Source: Planctomycetota bacterium
Lineage (GTDB): Bacteria > Planctomycetota > JAJSAM01 > JAJVHW01
Assembly (NCBI GenBank): GCA_965248445.1
Contig: CBDFJG010000002.1
Coordinates: 608,001-672,000 of the forward strand
Direction of reading: 5' to 3'
DNA: 64,000 bases
Shown: positions 1-8,941 of the stretch, one piece after another
Layout of the letters: each line of letters opens with the position of its first letter
Position numbering within the stretch: the stretch's first letter is position 1
Made by a program: the position numbers and the translations under genes
The notes under the pieces: generated by a model
The model's input: only the letters and a program-made list of their open reading frames with translations
Told to the model about the DNA's origin: nothing
The model's database searches: none

Positions 1-8
1 GAGCCCAT

Positions 9-24
9 TGGCACGGGGGGTGCT
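9..24 (+). promoter_or_regulatory. Putative sigma-54 (-24/-12) promoter
   Basis: TGGCACGGGGGGTGCT has exact GG-N10-GC spacing (GG 10-11, GC 22-23) and lies upstream of the kinase-like gene. Confidence 0.45.
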
Positions 25-294
25 ATTCGACGGGTGACCGCACTTGGGGGTCATGCTCCCCAGCACGTAAAGCCGCGACCCTCCCTCCCTTCCCATCCCT
101 ACCCAGCGGCTCCCTCCTTGTGCGAAGGCGGCGCCCGCCGATCCGGCGGGCGCCGCGCCCATTTACGGCGCCACCCGTCACAGCGCCGTTGGAACGCGGC
201 GCACCCAGCCTGAGCGTGAGCCCGCGGCCGCGCCCGTCGCCGGCGCTTCACTTGCACCCCCGCCCGTTCCGATGCACCGGAGGACGTCCTCCTC

Positions 295-2574
295 GTGAGG
301 GCGCCGGAGAACGCTGCCGTGGACAAGAGCGCCGATCCAGCCAAGAACCGTCGATCCAAGGCCCGCACGGGTGCCCAGAGCGCCGCGTCGGCCCCCGCCC
401 TTGCGGCCCGCGTGCGCGAGCTCGAGACCGTGCTCGCCGTCGAGCGCGCGGAGAACGCCAAGCGACTCCGCGAAGTCGACGGCCACATGCGCGTCATGCG
501 GACGTCGCTCGGCGAATTGCAGACCGACTTCCGGCGTCTCTCCGAAGAGCGCCAGCGACTGCGCGGCGAGCTGACCGGCGGCGAAGACACGATCAAGGAA
601 CTCGAGGCGCGGGTCGAACACCTGCGGACACGCGCACACGACGTGGCGACGGAGAGAGAAGGAGCCGCCGCGTCGGCCGTGTCCGCGGCCATCTCCCGTG
701 CACAGGAAGCCGAAACGGTCCTGACCTCGGAGCGCAAGCGGGTCGTGGAACTCGAAGCGCAGCTGCTCGAGGCGCGTGCCGAGGGCGAGGTCGCCGCAGA
801 CCACCGCATTCGCGAACTCGAGCGCCGGGTCGGCGAACGCGAGATGCAGCTGATCCGCGCGGCCGACATGCTGGATCGCTACGAGAAGCGACTGGAGCGA
901 AGCGAGGAGCGCACCGAGGCCGCGGTCAGTGTGGCGCAGCAGCTGTCCGAGCAGGTGAGCGCCCCGTCGACGGCGGGACGTGACGATGCTGCCGTCGTGA
1001 TCGTCGCCGACTCCAGCGTCGACCTCGACCTCGACCTCGAGCCCGACCTCGACCCCGGCACCGGCACCGACACGGACAACGCCGCGCCGGGTCCCGAAGC
1101 GCACGCGCCGGAACCGGACCCCGCGGTAGTCGCAGCGCCGACGTCGGGGACGGACACCGGCGAGCGCGACGCCAACGACCTGGCCGAGAGCGACACGTTC
1201 GAGCCGGGCGACCTGCTGCTCCGTTACGAGTCGCGTACAGGCGACGACAGCGAGTCCGACGACCCGCAGGAAGCAGAGACGTCAGGCCGCCGCCGCCGCC
1301 GCCGGAGTCGCGATCGGTCCGACCGCGACTCCGACGCCTCGGGCAGTGCGCCGTACGACTTCGAGTCGTCCGCAGTCGAGTCCGGCGAAGACCCCGTGCT
1401 CGAGAACACCGACGACGAAGTGGCTCCGTTGAACCAGAAGGAGCACGCCGCCTACGAGACGTCGCTCCCGCCGGTCGACGCCGAGCGACTCCCCGACATC
1501 GAGGGTGTCGAGATCGAGGGCGCGCTCGCAGCGCCGCCCGCCGGTCGTCACTTCCACGGCCGCGTCGCGAGGACTCGCCGCGCTGTGCTGGTCCGCATGC
1601 TGCCGGCACGCTTGCAGGACTTCGACGAGTCGAAGCTCGAGCGCCTCGTCGCACTGCGCCACGCGAACCTCGCGAGCCTGCTGTCCTTCGGCATCTCGCG
1701 GCTGGGTCCGTTCCTGGTTGCCGAGCGCCCCGACGGCGAGACCGCGGAGCACGTCGTGCGCCGCGGCGGATCGGTGCCCGAGGATGTCGCGATCGACCTG
1801 GTCCGCCAGGTCGCGCGCGGGTTGCGCGACGCATCGTTCCGCGACTTCCTGCACGGCGATCTGACGCCGTGGTCGGTGCGCGTGTCTCCCGGCAACAAGG
1901 TGAAGGTCTACGACGTCGGCTCGTCCGTCCTGTGCGACCTGGGCCGGGAGCCGCCGACCAACCCTGCGTTCGCGGCGCCGGAGCGGCTCAACGCCGACGG
2001 AGAGATCGACGAGCGCAGTGACATCTACTCACTGGGTGGGGTGCTGTACTACCTACTCACCGGCCGTCCGCCGTTCGAGCGCTCGGCCGAGGACGTGGCG
2101 CGCCGCGATCCGACCCAGCGCTGCCCCTCAGTGCGCGAGGCGAACCCGAGCGTCTCCGAGGAGACGGCCCAGTTCATGCAGGATCTGACGCACCCCGACG
2201 CCGCATCGCGCCCGGCGTCCTGGGACCACGTGCTGATCGAGATGGACCGGTTGCCGCCGCCCAGCGCCGGAGACGCGCCGGCCGGAGACGACGCTGCGAC
2301 CGGGCTGCGTGGGTGGCTCGCCGAACACCCGCTGGTGACGCTGGCCGGTGCGGTTCTGCCGCTGGTCTGCGCAGCCCTTGCGTTCCTGGTGCTGGGACCG
2401 GGTGAGCCGACGCCGCGCGAGCGCTTCGAGGCCGTCGAGTTGAGCGCCCAGGAACTCGCCGCAGAGGGCGATGTCGACGGAGCCCGCAAGATGTACGCCG
2501 CGTTCCTGCGCGGAACCGGCGACCCGGACGTCGAGCGCGACGCCGCCGCACGCATCGACGCGCTCTACAAGTAG
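295..2574 (+). CDS. Membrane-anchored Ser/Thr kinase-like protein (probable pseudokinase) with N-terminal coiled coil
   Basis: Kinase subdomains HGDLTP, DVG, APE and SDIYSLGGVLYYLLTGRPPF; heptad-rich N-terminus; acidic linker; C-terminal TM helix; start uncertain. Confidence 0.85.
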   Translation: MRAPENAAVDKSADPAKNRRSKARTGAQSAASAPALAARVRELETVLAVERAENAKRLREVDGHMRVMRTSLGELQTDFRRLSEERQRLRGELTGGEDTIKELEARVEHLRTRAHDVATEREGAAASAVSAAISRAQEAETVLTSERKRVVELEAQLLEARAEGEVAADHRIRELERRVGEREMQLIRAADMLDRYEKRLERSEERTEAAVSVAQQLSEQVSAPSTAGRDDAAVVIVADSSVDLDLDLEPDLDPGTGTDTDNAAPGPEAHAPEPDPAVVAAPTSGTDTGERDANDLAESDTFEPGDLLLRYESRTGDDSESDDPQEAETSGRRRRRRSRDRSDRDSDASGSAPYDFESSAVESGEDPVLENTDDEVAPLNQKEHAAYETSLPPVDAERLPDIEGVEIEGALAAPPAGRHFHGRVARTRRAVLVRMLPARLQDFDESKLERLVALRHANLASLLSFGISRLGPFLVAERPDGETAEHVVRRGGSVPEDVAIDLVRQVARGLRDASFRDFLHGDLTPWSVRVSPGNKVKVYDVGSSVLCDLGREPPTNPAFAAPERLNADGEIDERSDIYSLGGVLYYLLTGRPPFERSAEDVARRDPTQRCPSVREANPSVSEETAQFMQDLTHPDAASRPASWDHVLIEMDRLPPPSAGDAPAGDDAATGLRGWLAEHPLVTLAGAVLPLVCAALAFLVLGPGEPTPRERFEAVELSAQELAAEGDVDGARKMYAAFLRGTGDPDVERDAAARIDALYK

Positions 2575-2643
2575 TCGCCGAAGGCGCGCGGTCGCGGGGG
2601 ACGGACGCCGTTTGGCGATCGTGCAAGGGGGTTGCGAGGCTCC

Positions 2644-3366
2644 TTAGCTAGCCGTGCGAAGCAGACGCGGCACGTCCGCGAACGTCTGCGCGATCAACGT
2701 CGGGACGCCGTCGGCTCCGTCCACCTGCCCGCGATCGCGATGCCACGGCGCCGGGTGGGGAACGTAGATCGTGCGGAATCCTGCCGCGCGTGCCGGGTTC
2801 ACGTCGCTGTCCGGGCTGTTGCCGATCATCCAGCAGAGCGCGGAGTCGACCTCGCGAGCCGCCGCGGCAGTCGTGTACGTCGCGACCGTCTTCTCCGGCA
2901 CGACGAGCACGTCTGCGAAGTGCGATAGCAGTCCGGACCGCTCGGCCTTCGCGGCCTGCTCGCTCAGCTGCCCCTTGGTCAGCACGACCAGGTGCCGGGT
3001 CTCCGCGAGCGCTGCGACCCCGTCGCGGACTCCCGGTAGCAGCAGGATCTCGTGGTCGCGGATCCGCGTGATGGCGCTCGCCACGAATGCGTCCATCTCG
3101 GCGCGTAGGGCGGCGTCCGCGTCCGGGAGCAGACCCGCGAAGGCAGCCCGCACCGACCGGCAGAACGGACCAGCGCCGTAGCCCAGGGTGTGGATCGTGA
3201 CGTCCTCCTCGGCCTCGAGCGCGTCCCTTGCGCCGGCCGGGTTGATTCCGTGCTCGGCGACCCACGCGACGTAGTCCGCGATCTCCTGCTCGAAGTGCAG
3301 GTTGTTCTCCCACAGCGTGTCATCGGCGTCGATGAAGACGATGCCCTGGCGAGTCGCGGACGTCAT
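2644..3366 (-). CDS. HAD-superfamily hydrolase
   Basis: FIDADDTLW motif I, TKG, MIGNSPDSD motif IV. Confidence 0.9.
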   Translation of the reverse strand: MTSATRQGIVFIDADDTLWENNLHFEQEIADYVAWVAEHGINPAGARDALEAEEDVTIHTLGYGAGPFCRSVRAAFAGLLPDADAALRAEMDAFVASAITRIRDHEILLLPGVRDGVAALAETRHLVVLTKGQLSEQAAKAERSGLLSHFADVLVVPEKTVATYTTAAAAREVDSALCWMIGNSPDSDVNPARAAGFRTIYVPHPAPWHRDRGQVDGADGVPTLIAQTFADVPRLLRTAS

Positions 3367-3412
3367 GGCGCGGGATGGTACGCGTACGCACCCCTGGCCG
3401 TAACCTCCGCCG

Positions 3413-4672
3413 ATGCGACTCCGGCGGGACCTCCTCATCGTCACGGCTGCCGCGCTGGTGGTGCGCGTCGCGCTGGCAGCCATTGCCGGGATCGACGGTC
3501 CGCCCGTGGAGGACGAGCGGGGCTATGTGTTGCTCGCCCATTCGCTCTTGGACGACTTCAGCCTGCGCCTCCCTGTCCCCGACGACGTGATGACGCAGGC
3601 GGGCCTCGGTGGTAAGCGCTACCTGCACGGATTCCGCGCGCCGCTGTTGCCGCTCGTCGGCGCGATCCTCGGAGGCAGCGCGATCGCGCTGCGTGTGCTC
3701 TCGCTCGTCGCCGGGACGCTCTCTGCGCCGGTGCTGCTGCTGAGTCTGAGACACCGCGTTCCCCGTCGCACCGCGTTCCTCGCGGCGCTCGCTTACGCGG
3801 TGTGGCCCCCGTTCGCGTACCTGTCGGTGCGCGCGCTGACGGAGCCGATCGGAATGCTGCTACTGCTTTCCTCCGTTCTGGTGAGCGTGCGCGGCACGAC
3901 GACGCGCGACGCGGTCGGCGCCGGAGTCCTGGCCGGGCTGTCCGTCCTGGCGCGGCCCGCACTGCTCGTGCCCGCGTGTGCGCTGGCGCTTGCTCTCGGC
4001 CGCCGTCGGCGCGCCGCCGTGTTCCTCCTACTGCTGCTCGTCACGCTGTCCCCGTGGATCGTTCGAAACGCTCTGTGGCTGCATCGTCCGTTGTTGACCA
4101 CCAATTCCGGCGTGACACTCGTCGGGGCGAACTCGGAGGCCGCGGCCAGCGCGGCGCACCCGGGGAAGTGGGTTGCTCCGTCGGTGGCGTACGCGCAGAG
4201 CGATGATCCGCCCGACCTCGGGATGTACGGCTGGTCGTCGCTCGGGGAGGAGAGGAGCAACAGTCGTTTCACGGGCGACGCGCTCCGCTGGGTGCGTGAG
4301 AATCCGGGGCAGGCCGCGGTGCTGGCTGCGTGGAAGATGGTGCGTCTGGTCGATCCCGACCCGCGGAGCAGCAAACCGGACGCGCGAACCAAGGCGCTGA
4401 TCGGCTGGCTGACGCTCGGTCCGGTTCTGTTGCTCGCACTCGCGGGCAGCCGTGCGACGTGGCGGGAGCGAAGGCGCCTCGCGCCGTGGCTCGCCCTGGC
4501 GGGCGGGACGATCCTCACCGCGGTCATCTTCTATGGCGATACGCGCATGCGCACCGCGGCGGATCCCGCGCTCCTGACCGTCGCCGCCCTGGGCCTGAAC
4601 CGTCTCCTTTGCCGCGGGGGCTCTGAACCCGGCGCAGACACTGAACCTGGTGCTGGGGGCATGGTTGAATGA
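3413..4672 (+). CDS. GT-C fold (ArnT/PMT-like) integral membrane glycosyltransferase
   Basis: Multiple TM helices, DE motif after TM1 (EDERGY), RAPLLP, LTEP, ARP, PWIVRN. Confidence 0.75.
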   Translation: MRLRRDLLIVTAAALVVRVALAAIAGIDGPPVEDERGYVLLAHSLLDDFSLRLPVPDDVMTQAGLGGKRYLHGFRAPLLPLVGAILGGSAIALRVLSLVAGTLSAPVLLLSLRHRVPRRTAFLAALAYAVWPPFAYLSVRALTEPIGMLLLLSSVLVSVRGTTTRDAVGAGVLAGLSVLARPALLVPACALALALGRRRRAAVFLLLLLVTLSPWIVRNALWLHRPLLTTNSGVTLVGANSEAAASAAHPGKWVAPSVAYAQSDDPPDLGMYGWSSLGEERSNSRFTGDALRWVRENPGQAAVLAAWKMVRLVDPDPRSSKPDARTKALIGWLTLGPVLLLALAGSRATWRERRRLAPWLALAGGTILTAVIFYGDTRMRTAADPALLTVAALGLNRLLCRGGSEPGADTEPGAGGMVE

Positions 4673-4677
4673 GGGGC

Positions 4678-5289
4678 ATGAGCGGAGCGCCCAGCAGGAC
4701 CCCCGACGAAGCACGCGCGATCCTCGCCACCGAGTTGGTGCGCCTCGCCCCGCGTCGCGCCGCGCTGGGCGAGGCTGGCGCGTACGCGGTGGCGGCGTGG
4801 ACGCTCATGCACGCATTCGAGTTCGAGGCCTCCGTGCTCGGCTGGGCGACCGTGCTCGAGCACGCGCCGCGCGACGTCGAGGCGGTGTTCCGCCACGCGC
4901 ACTGCCTCCTCGAACTCGGCAAGTACGACGCGGCGGCAGAGGGATTCCGCGCGGCGCACGCCCTGGACGCGGAACTCGCCGACGACCCGGCCGGCGAGGG
5001 TCTCGATTGGCTGGAGGACGATCCCGCATACCGGCTCGGCAATTGCCTCCACGCGTCGGGCGATCTGCCGGCGGCTGTAGAGGCGTACGAAGAGTCCGCT
5101 CGGCGCAACACCATCGGGATCGAGTCGCTCCGGGAGATTGCGCGTTGCCACCTCGCTACGGGAAGTACGGGTGGAGCGCTCGATGCGATCGGACGCATGG
5201 AGTCGCGGGCGAGCAGCCTCGCGGTGCGCGCCGATGCGCTCGCCTTGCGTGCCGAGGCGCACCGGATCGCGGCAGGCGGCGCGACGTGA
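4678..5289 (+). CDS. Tetratricopeptide repeat protein
   Basis: TPR-like repeats (AHCLLELGKYDAAAEGF; YRLGNCLHASGDLPAAVEAY). Confidence 0.75.
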   Translation: MSGAPSRTPDEARAILATELVRLAPRRAALGEAGAYAVAAWTLMHAFEFEASVLGWATVLEHAPRDVEAVFRHAHCLLELGKYDAAAEGFRAAHALDAELADDPAGEGLDWLEDDPAYRLGNCLHASGDLPAAVEAYEESARRNTIGIESLREIARCHLATGSTGGALDAIGRMESRASSLAVRADALALRAEAHRIAAGGAT

Positions 5290-5657
5290 CGACCGGGGCG
5301 CAGGGTGACGCGCCCACCGACGACGTGCAGGCGACGCCGGTCCGCGCCGTCGCAGAACCGCCGGAACCCGCAGACGACGACCTCACGCCGCGCCTCGCGC
5401 GTCAGCCGCCTCCGCTCTGGCGACGGATCACGCGCATCGCACTCGGCGTAGCGCTGCTCATCGTGGGCATCGCGGAGGTGTTCCTGCCGGGGCCGGCGAT
5501 CGTGTGCTTCGCCATCGGCTTCTCCCTGCTCGCGCCTGATGTGCCGCCGATCCGCCGCGCGGTCGTCGCGCTCTACCGCCGCTGGCCCAAGGTCCGGCGC
5601 GCCGTGCCGCGCCGCTTCCGCCGCACGACGCACAGGCGCGTCGACACCGAGTCCTGA
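5286..5657 (+). CDS. Small membrane protein, PGPGW-like family
   Basis: Hairpin TM segment with FLPGPAI; GTG start overlaps the upstream stop (GTGA). Confidence 0.65.
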   Translation: MTTGAQGDAPTDDVQATPVRAVAEPPEPADDDLTPRLARQPPPLWRRITRIALGVALLIVGIAEVFLPGPAIVCFAIGFSLLAPDVPPIRRAVVALYRRWPKVRRAVPRRFRRTTHRRVDTES

Positions 5658-5670
5658 AGCGGACCGACCC

Positions 5671-6393
5671 ATGCGTTTGCGCTGTCTGACCTACAACATC
5701 CACAAGGGGATCGGCACCGACGGCGCGCGCGACCTGCGACGCATCGCACAGGTCGTGAGGCACTACGACCCGGACGTCGTGGCGTTCCAAGAGATCATGT
5801 GGTTCCGGCCCCGCGAGGGGTTCCCGGCGCAACCTGCGGCGCTGGCCTGTGAGTTGGGTATGCACACCGGCGCGGTCGGGCTGAACTGCCGCCGGCGGGT
5901 CGGCGTGTACGGCAACGCCACGCTCACGAACTGCGAACTGGTGAGTCACGCCAACATCGATCTGACCGTCCCACTCAAGAAGTCCCGCAGCGCGCTCTAC
6001 TCGCTGGTGCGCCGCGATGGCGTCGAGGTGCACGTCTACAACGTGCACCTCGGTCTGGCGCGCTTCGAGCGGGTGGCGCAGGCGCGCCGTTTGATCGCGG
6101 AGATCGACGAGGTGGCCCCGCCACCGGCGCCCGTCGTGGTGGTGGGGGACACGAATGACTGGCGGGACGTCGTGTTCCCGACGGTGTTCGAACCGGCCGG
6201 CTTCAGCTGTCGCGGCAGCGGGAAGGCCCACGGGACCTTCCCGTCGTGGTACCCCGTCGCGAGCGTCGATCGTGTGTTCGTGCGCGGAGACGTCCGCATT
6301 CACCGCGCGTACGCGTCACGGCTCGCACTCGCGCGCCAGGCCAGCGATCATCTGCCGGTCATCGCGGATCTCGACGTGGGCGACGCAGCATGA
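5671..6393 (+). CDS. Endonuclease/exonuclease/phosphatase family protein (YbhP-like)
   Basis: TYNIHKG, FQE, GDTND and ASDHLPV motifs; directly upstream of a cardiolipin synthase. Confidence 0.9.
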   Translation: MRLRCLTYNIHKGIGTDGARDLRRIAQVVRHYDPDVVAFQEIMWFRPREGFPAQPAALACELGMHTGAVGLNCRRRVGVYGNATLTNCELVSHANIDLTVPLKKSRSALYSLVRRDGVEVHVYNVHLGLARFERVAQARRLIAEIDEVAPPPAPVVVVGDTNDWRDVVFPTVFEPAGFSCRGSGKAHGTFPSWYPVASVDRVFVRGDVRIHRAYASRLALARQASDHLPVIADLDVGDAA

Positions 6394-7553
6394 CCGAGCG
6401 CTTTCAGCTCCGGAGGCTCGATCGGCGCCTGCGCGAGCCGTTCCCGCTCGTCGGCGGCAACTCCGTTCGCGCGCTGGAACAGGGGACGGACTTCTTCGAG
6501 ACGATGCTCGACGGCATCCGCAACGCGAAGCACTCCGTCGACCTGCTCATGTACCTGTGGGAGGCAGACGAAGTCGGATCGGCGTTCGTGCGCGCGCTCG
6601 GGGACGCTGCGAAGAGGGGCGTGTCGGTGCGCGTCCTCGCCGACGACTTCGGGTCGCGACGCATCCTGCGCGGCGGCCTGCGCGAGATTCTCGAAGACGG
6701 CGCGGACGTCCGCGCGTTCAGCCCGTTTGCGTTGCCGTTCGGACGCCGTTTCTACAACCGCACGCACAAGAAGCTGCTGGTCATCGACCGGCTCGCCGCC
6801 TACACGGGCGGGGCAGGACTCTCGCTGCACTTCTCCGGCGTCAAGAAGCGCGAGCGCCCGTGGGAGGACCGCATGTACGAGGTCCTCGGTCCGATCCTGC
6901 AGCAGTTGATCCACGTGTTCGAAGTCGACTTCGCACGCTGGAAGGCCGTGGTGAACTCGCCGCCTCCGCAGAAGCCTCAACTCGAGCATCCGGAGGAAAG
7001 CGCCGGAGTCGCGGTGGGCCGTGTGCTCCGCGGCTTTCCGGACGCCCGCGACTATCCCGCGACTCTCATTCAGGCGATCGATGCCGCGAAGGACCGCGTG
7101 TGGATCGGAACGCCGTACTTTCTGCCGCCGCACACGCTCGGACGTTCGCTGCGTGACGCGCTGGCGCGTGGTGTCGAGGTGCAGATCGTGCTGCCCTCCG
7201 CCGAGGGCGCAAGTCCGGTGCTCTGGTACGCCAGCCGGAGGCACTACGGCCGGTATCTGCGGCGCGGTGCCCAGATCTTCGAGCGCGGGCCGGAGTTCTA
7301 CCACGCCAAGCTGGCGGTGGTGGACCGCGACACTGCGCTGTTCGGCTCTTCGAACCTCGACTGGTGGTCGTGGCGGCGCAACGCGGAGATCGACCTGCTC
7401 TTCACCGACGCCGACACCGTCGGGCTGGTGGCCAACCGTTTCGAGTACGACCGCGCACGTAGCCGCGAGGTGACCCTCGAGGAGCACCGCAAGCGGGGCT
7501 TCCTCCACCGCATCTTCGAGGCGTTCTTCGGGTTGTTCGACGAGTGGTTGTAA
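6390..7553 (+). CDS. clsB: Cardiolipin synthase B-like phospholipase D protein
   Basis: Two HKD motifs (HKKLLVID, HAKLAVVD...GSSNLD); no N-terminal TM; ATGA-coupled to the ybhP-like gene. Confidence 0.8.
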   Translation: MTERFQLRRLDRRLREPFPLVGGNSVRALEQGTDFFETMLDGIRNAKHSVDLLMYLWEADEVGSAFVRALGDAAKRGVSVRVLADDFGSRRILRGGLREILEDGADVRAFSPFALPFGRRFYNRTHKKLLVIDRLAAYTGGAGLSLHFSGVKKRERPWEDRMYEVLGPILQQLIHVFEVDFARWKAVVNSPPPQKPQLEHPEESAGVAVGRVLRGFPDARDYPATLIQAIDAAKDRVWIGTPYFLPPHTLGRSLRDALARGVEVQIVLPSAEGASPVLWYASRRHYGRYLRRGAQIFERGPEFYHAKLAVVDRDTALFGSSNLDWWSWRRNAEIDLLFTDADTVGLVANRFEYDRARSREVTLEEHRKRGFLHRIFEAFFGLFDEWL

Positions 7554-7572
7554 GCGTGCACCCCACGCAGCG

Positions 7573-8742
7573 TCAGCCGCGGCCGACCTGCTTCTTGCGG
7601 CGCATGGTCTCGACGGTTTCGATCACGGCGGCTGCGGCGCGGTCGACCTCGTCGGGCGTCGTGTAGCGCGAGAGCGAGAACCGCACGGCCGACGCCGCCT
7701 CCGAGCGCGTCTGTCCCATCGCAAGAAGCACGTGCGAGGGCTCGGGCGACTTCGTGCTGCACGCGCTGCCGTTCGAAGCGTCGACGCCGACGCGGTCGAG
7801 GCGCGCGAGGAGTTGATCGCTCGGTATGCCGTCGAAACGCAGATTGCTGGTGTTCGGGGTGCGCGGACCGGTCCCGTTCACCACGACGTCGCCGAGCGAA
7901 CCGGAGACCACTCGCTCCAGCCGGTCACGCATCTTCGTCATCGCGCGCACGCGGTCGCCGAAGTCCTGCGCGCACTCGCGGGCGGCTGCTGCCAGTCCCG
8001 CGATCCCGGGGAGCCCCTCGGTCCCCGCGCGGCGGCCGAGTTCGTGCGACGCGGGATAGGGGGACTTCCAGCGCGCACCGGATCGCACCAGGAGCGCGCC
8101 CGTGCCCTGCGGGGCGTGCATCTTGTGTCCAGCGATCGCGAGCAGGTCAGCGCCGAGTGCGGAGAAGTCGACCGGCAGCTTGCCCGCCGCCTGCACGGCG
8201 TCGACGAGGAGCGCGACGCCGTGATCGCGGCACGTCGCCGCGACCTCGGCGACCGGCTGGATGACACCGGTCTCGTTGTTCGCCCACATGAGGGTCACCA
8301 GCGCCGTGTCGCTACGGATCGCGTCGGCGACCGACTCGGCGGTCACGACCCCGTCCGCTGCTGGCCGCACCCACGTGACCTCCACCCCGTGCCCCCAGGC
8401 CGACGCGGGCGCTGCGGCGAGCAGGCTCCCGATCGCGGCATGCTCGATTGCGGAGGCGACCACGTGCCGCCGCTCCCCGGATGCCGCGAGTGCTCCCAGC
8501 ACCCCGAGCTGATCCGCCTCGGTGCCGCCCGACGTGAACGTGACCTCGGCGGGCGAGGCGCCGAGCCACTTCGCGAGGTCCGCGCGGGCCTCGGAGAGGA
8601 TCGCCGCCGCCTCCCGCCCGCGGGCGTGCAGCGAGGACGGGTTGCCCCAGCCTGTCGCGAGCACGCGCGCCACGGCTTCGCGCACGGCCGTCGCCGGCCG
8701 AGTCGTGGCGTTCGCGTCGAGGTACACCCGCCTGCCGTCCAT
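7573..8742 (-). CDS. Cysteine desulfurase (IscS/NifS group)
   Basis: YLDANATT, TSGGTE, MWANNETG, GHK (PLP Lys), SNGSACS (catalytic Cys). Confidence 0.93.
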   Translation of the reverse strand: MDGRRVYLDANATTRPATAVREAVARVLATGWGNPSSLHARGREAAAILSEARADLAKWLGASPAEVTFTSGGTEADQLGVLGALAASGERRHVVASAIEHAAIGSLLAAAPASAWGHGVEVTWVRPAADGVVTAESVADAIRSDTALVTLMWANNETGVIQPVAEVAATCRDHGVALLVDAVQAAGKLPVDFSALGADLLAIAGHKMHAPQGTGALLVRSGARWKSPYPASHELGRRAGTEGLPGIAGLAAAARECAQDFGDRVRAMTKMRDRLERVVSGSLGDVVVNGTGPRTPNTSNLRFDGIPSDQLLARLDRVGVDASNGSACSTKSPEPSHVLLAMGQTRSEAASAVRFSLSRYTTPDEVDRAAAAVIETVETMRRKKQVGRG

Positions 8743-8941
8743 GGCGGCGATCGTACGAGGGCGGACCCGCGCCCGGCCGAGCGATTTCGTGCGGCGCGGC
8801 GCGGTGGGGAGCCGTCCAATACGAGACTTGCCGTCGCCACCGGCCTCCGCTGGTCCGGCGACGCGCGCCGATGACGCCGCGAAGGCGCCAGACGACACCG
8901 ACGATGCCGACCGATCCGGTCATCGCTCTCCTGGAGACACC

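Noticed and set aside
1021..1075. Hexamer repeats (GACCTC)n as a contingency locus
   Set aside because: Short in-frame repeats in a disordered linker; length changes would not switch expression
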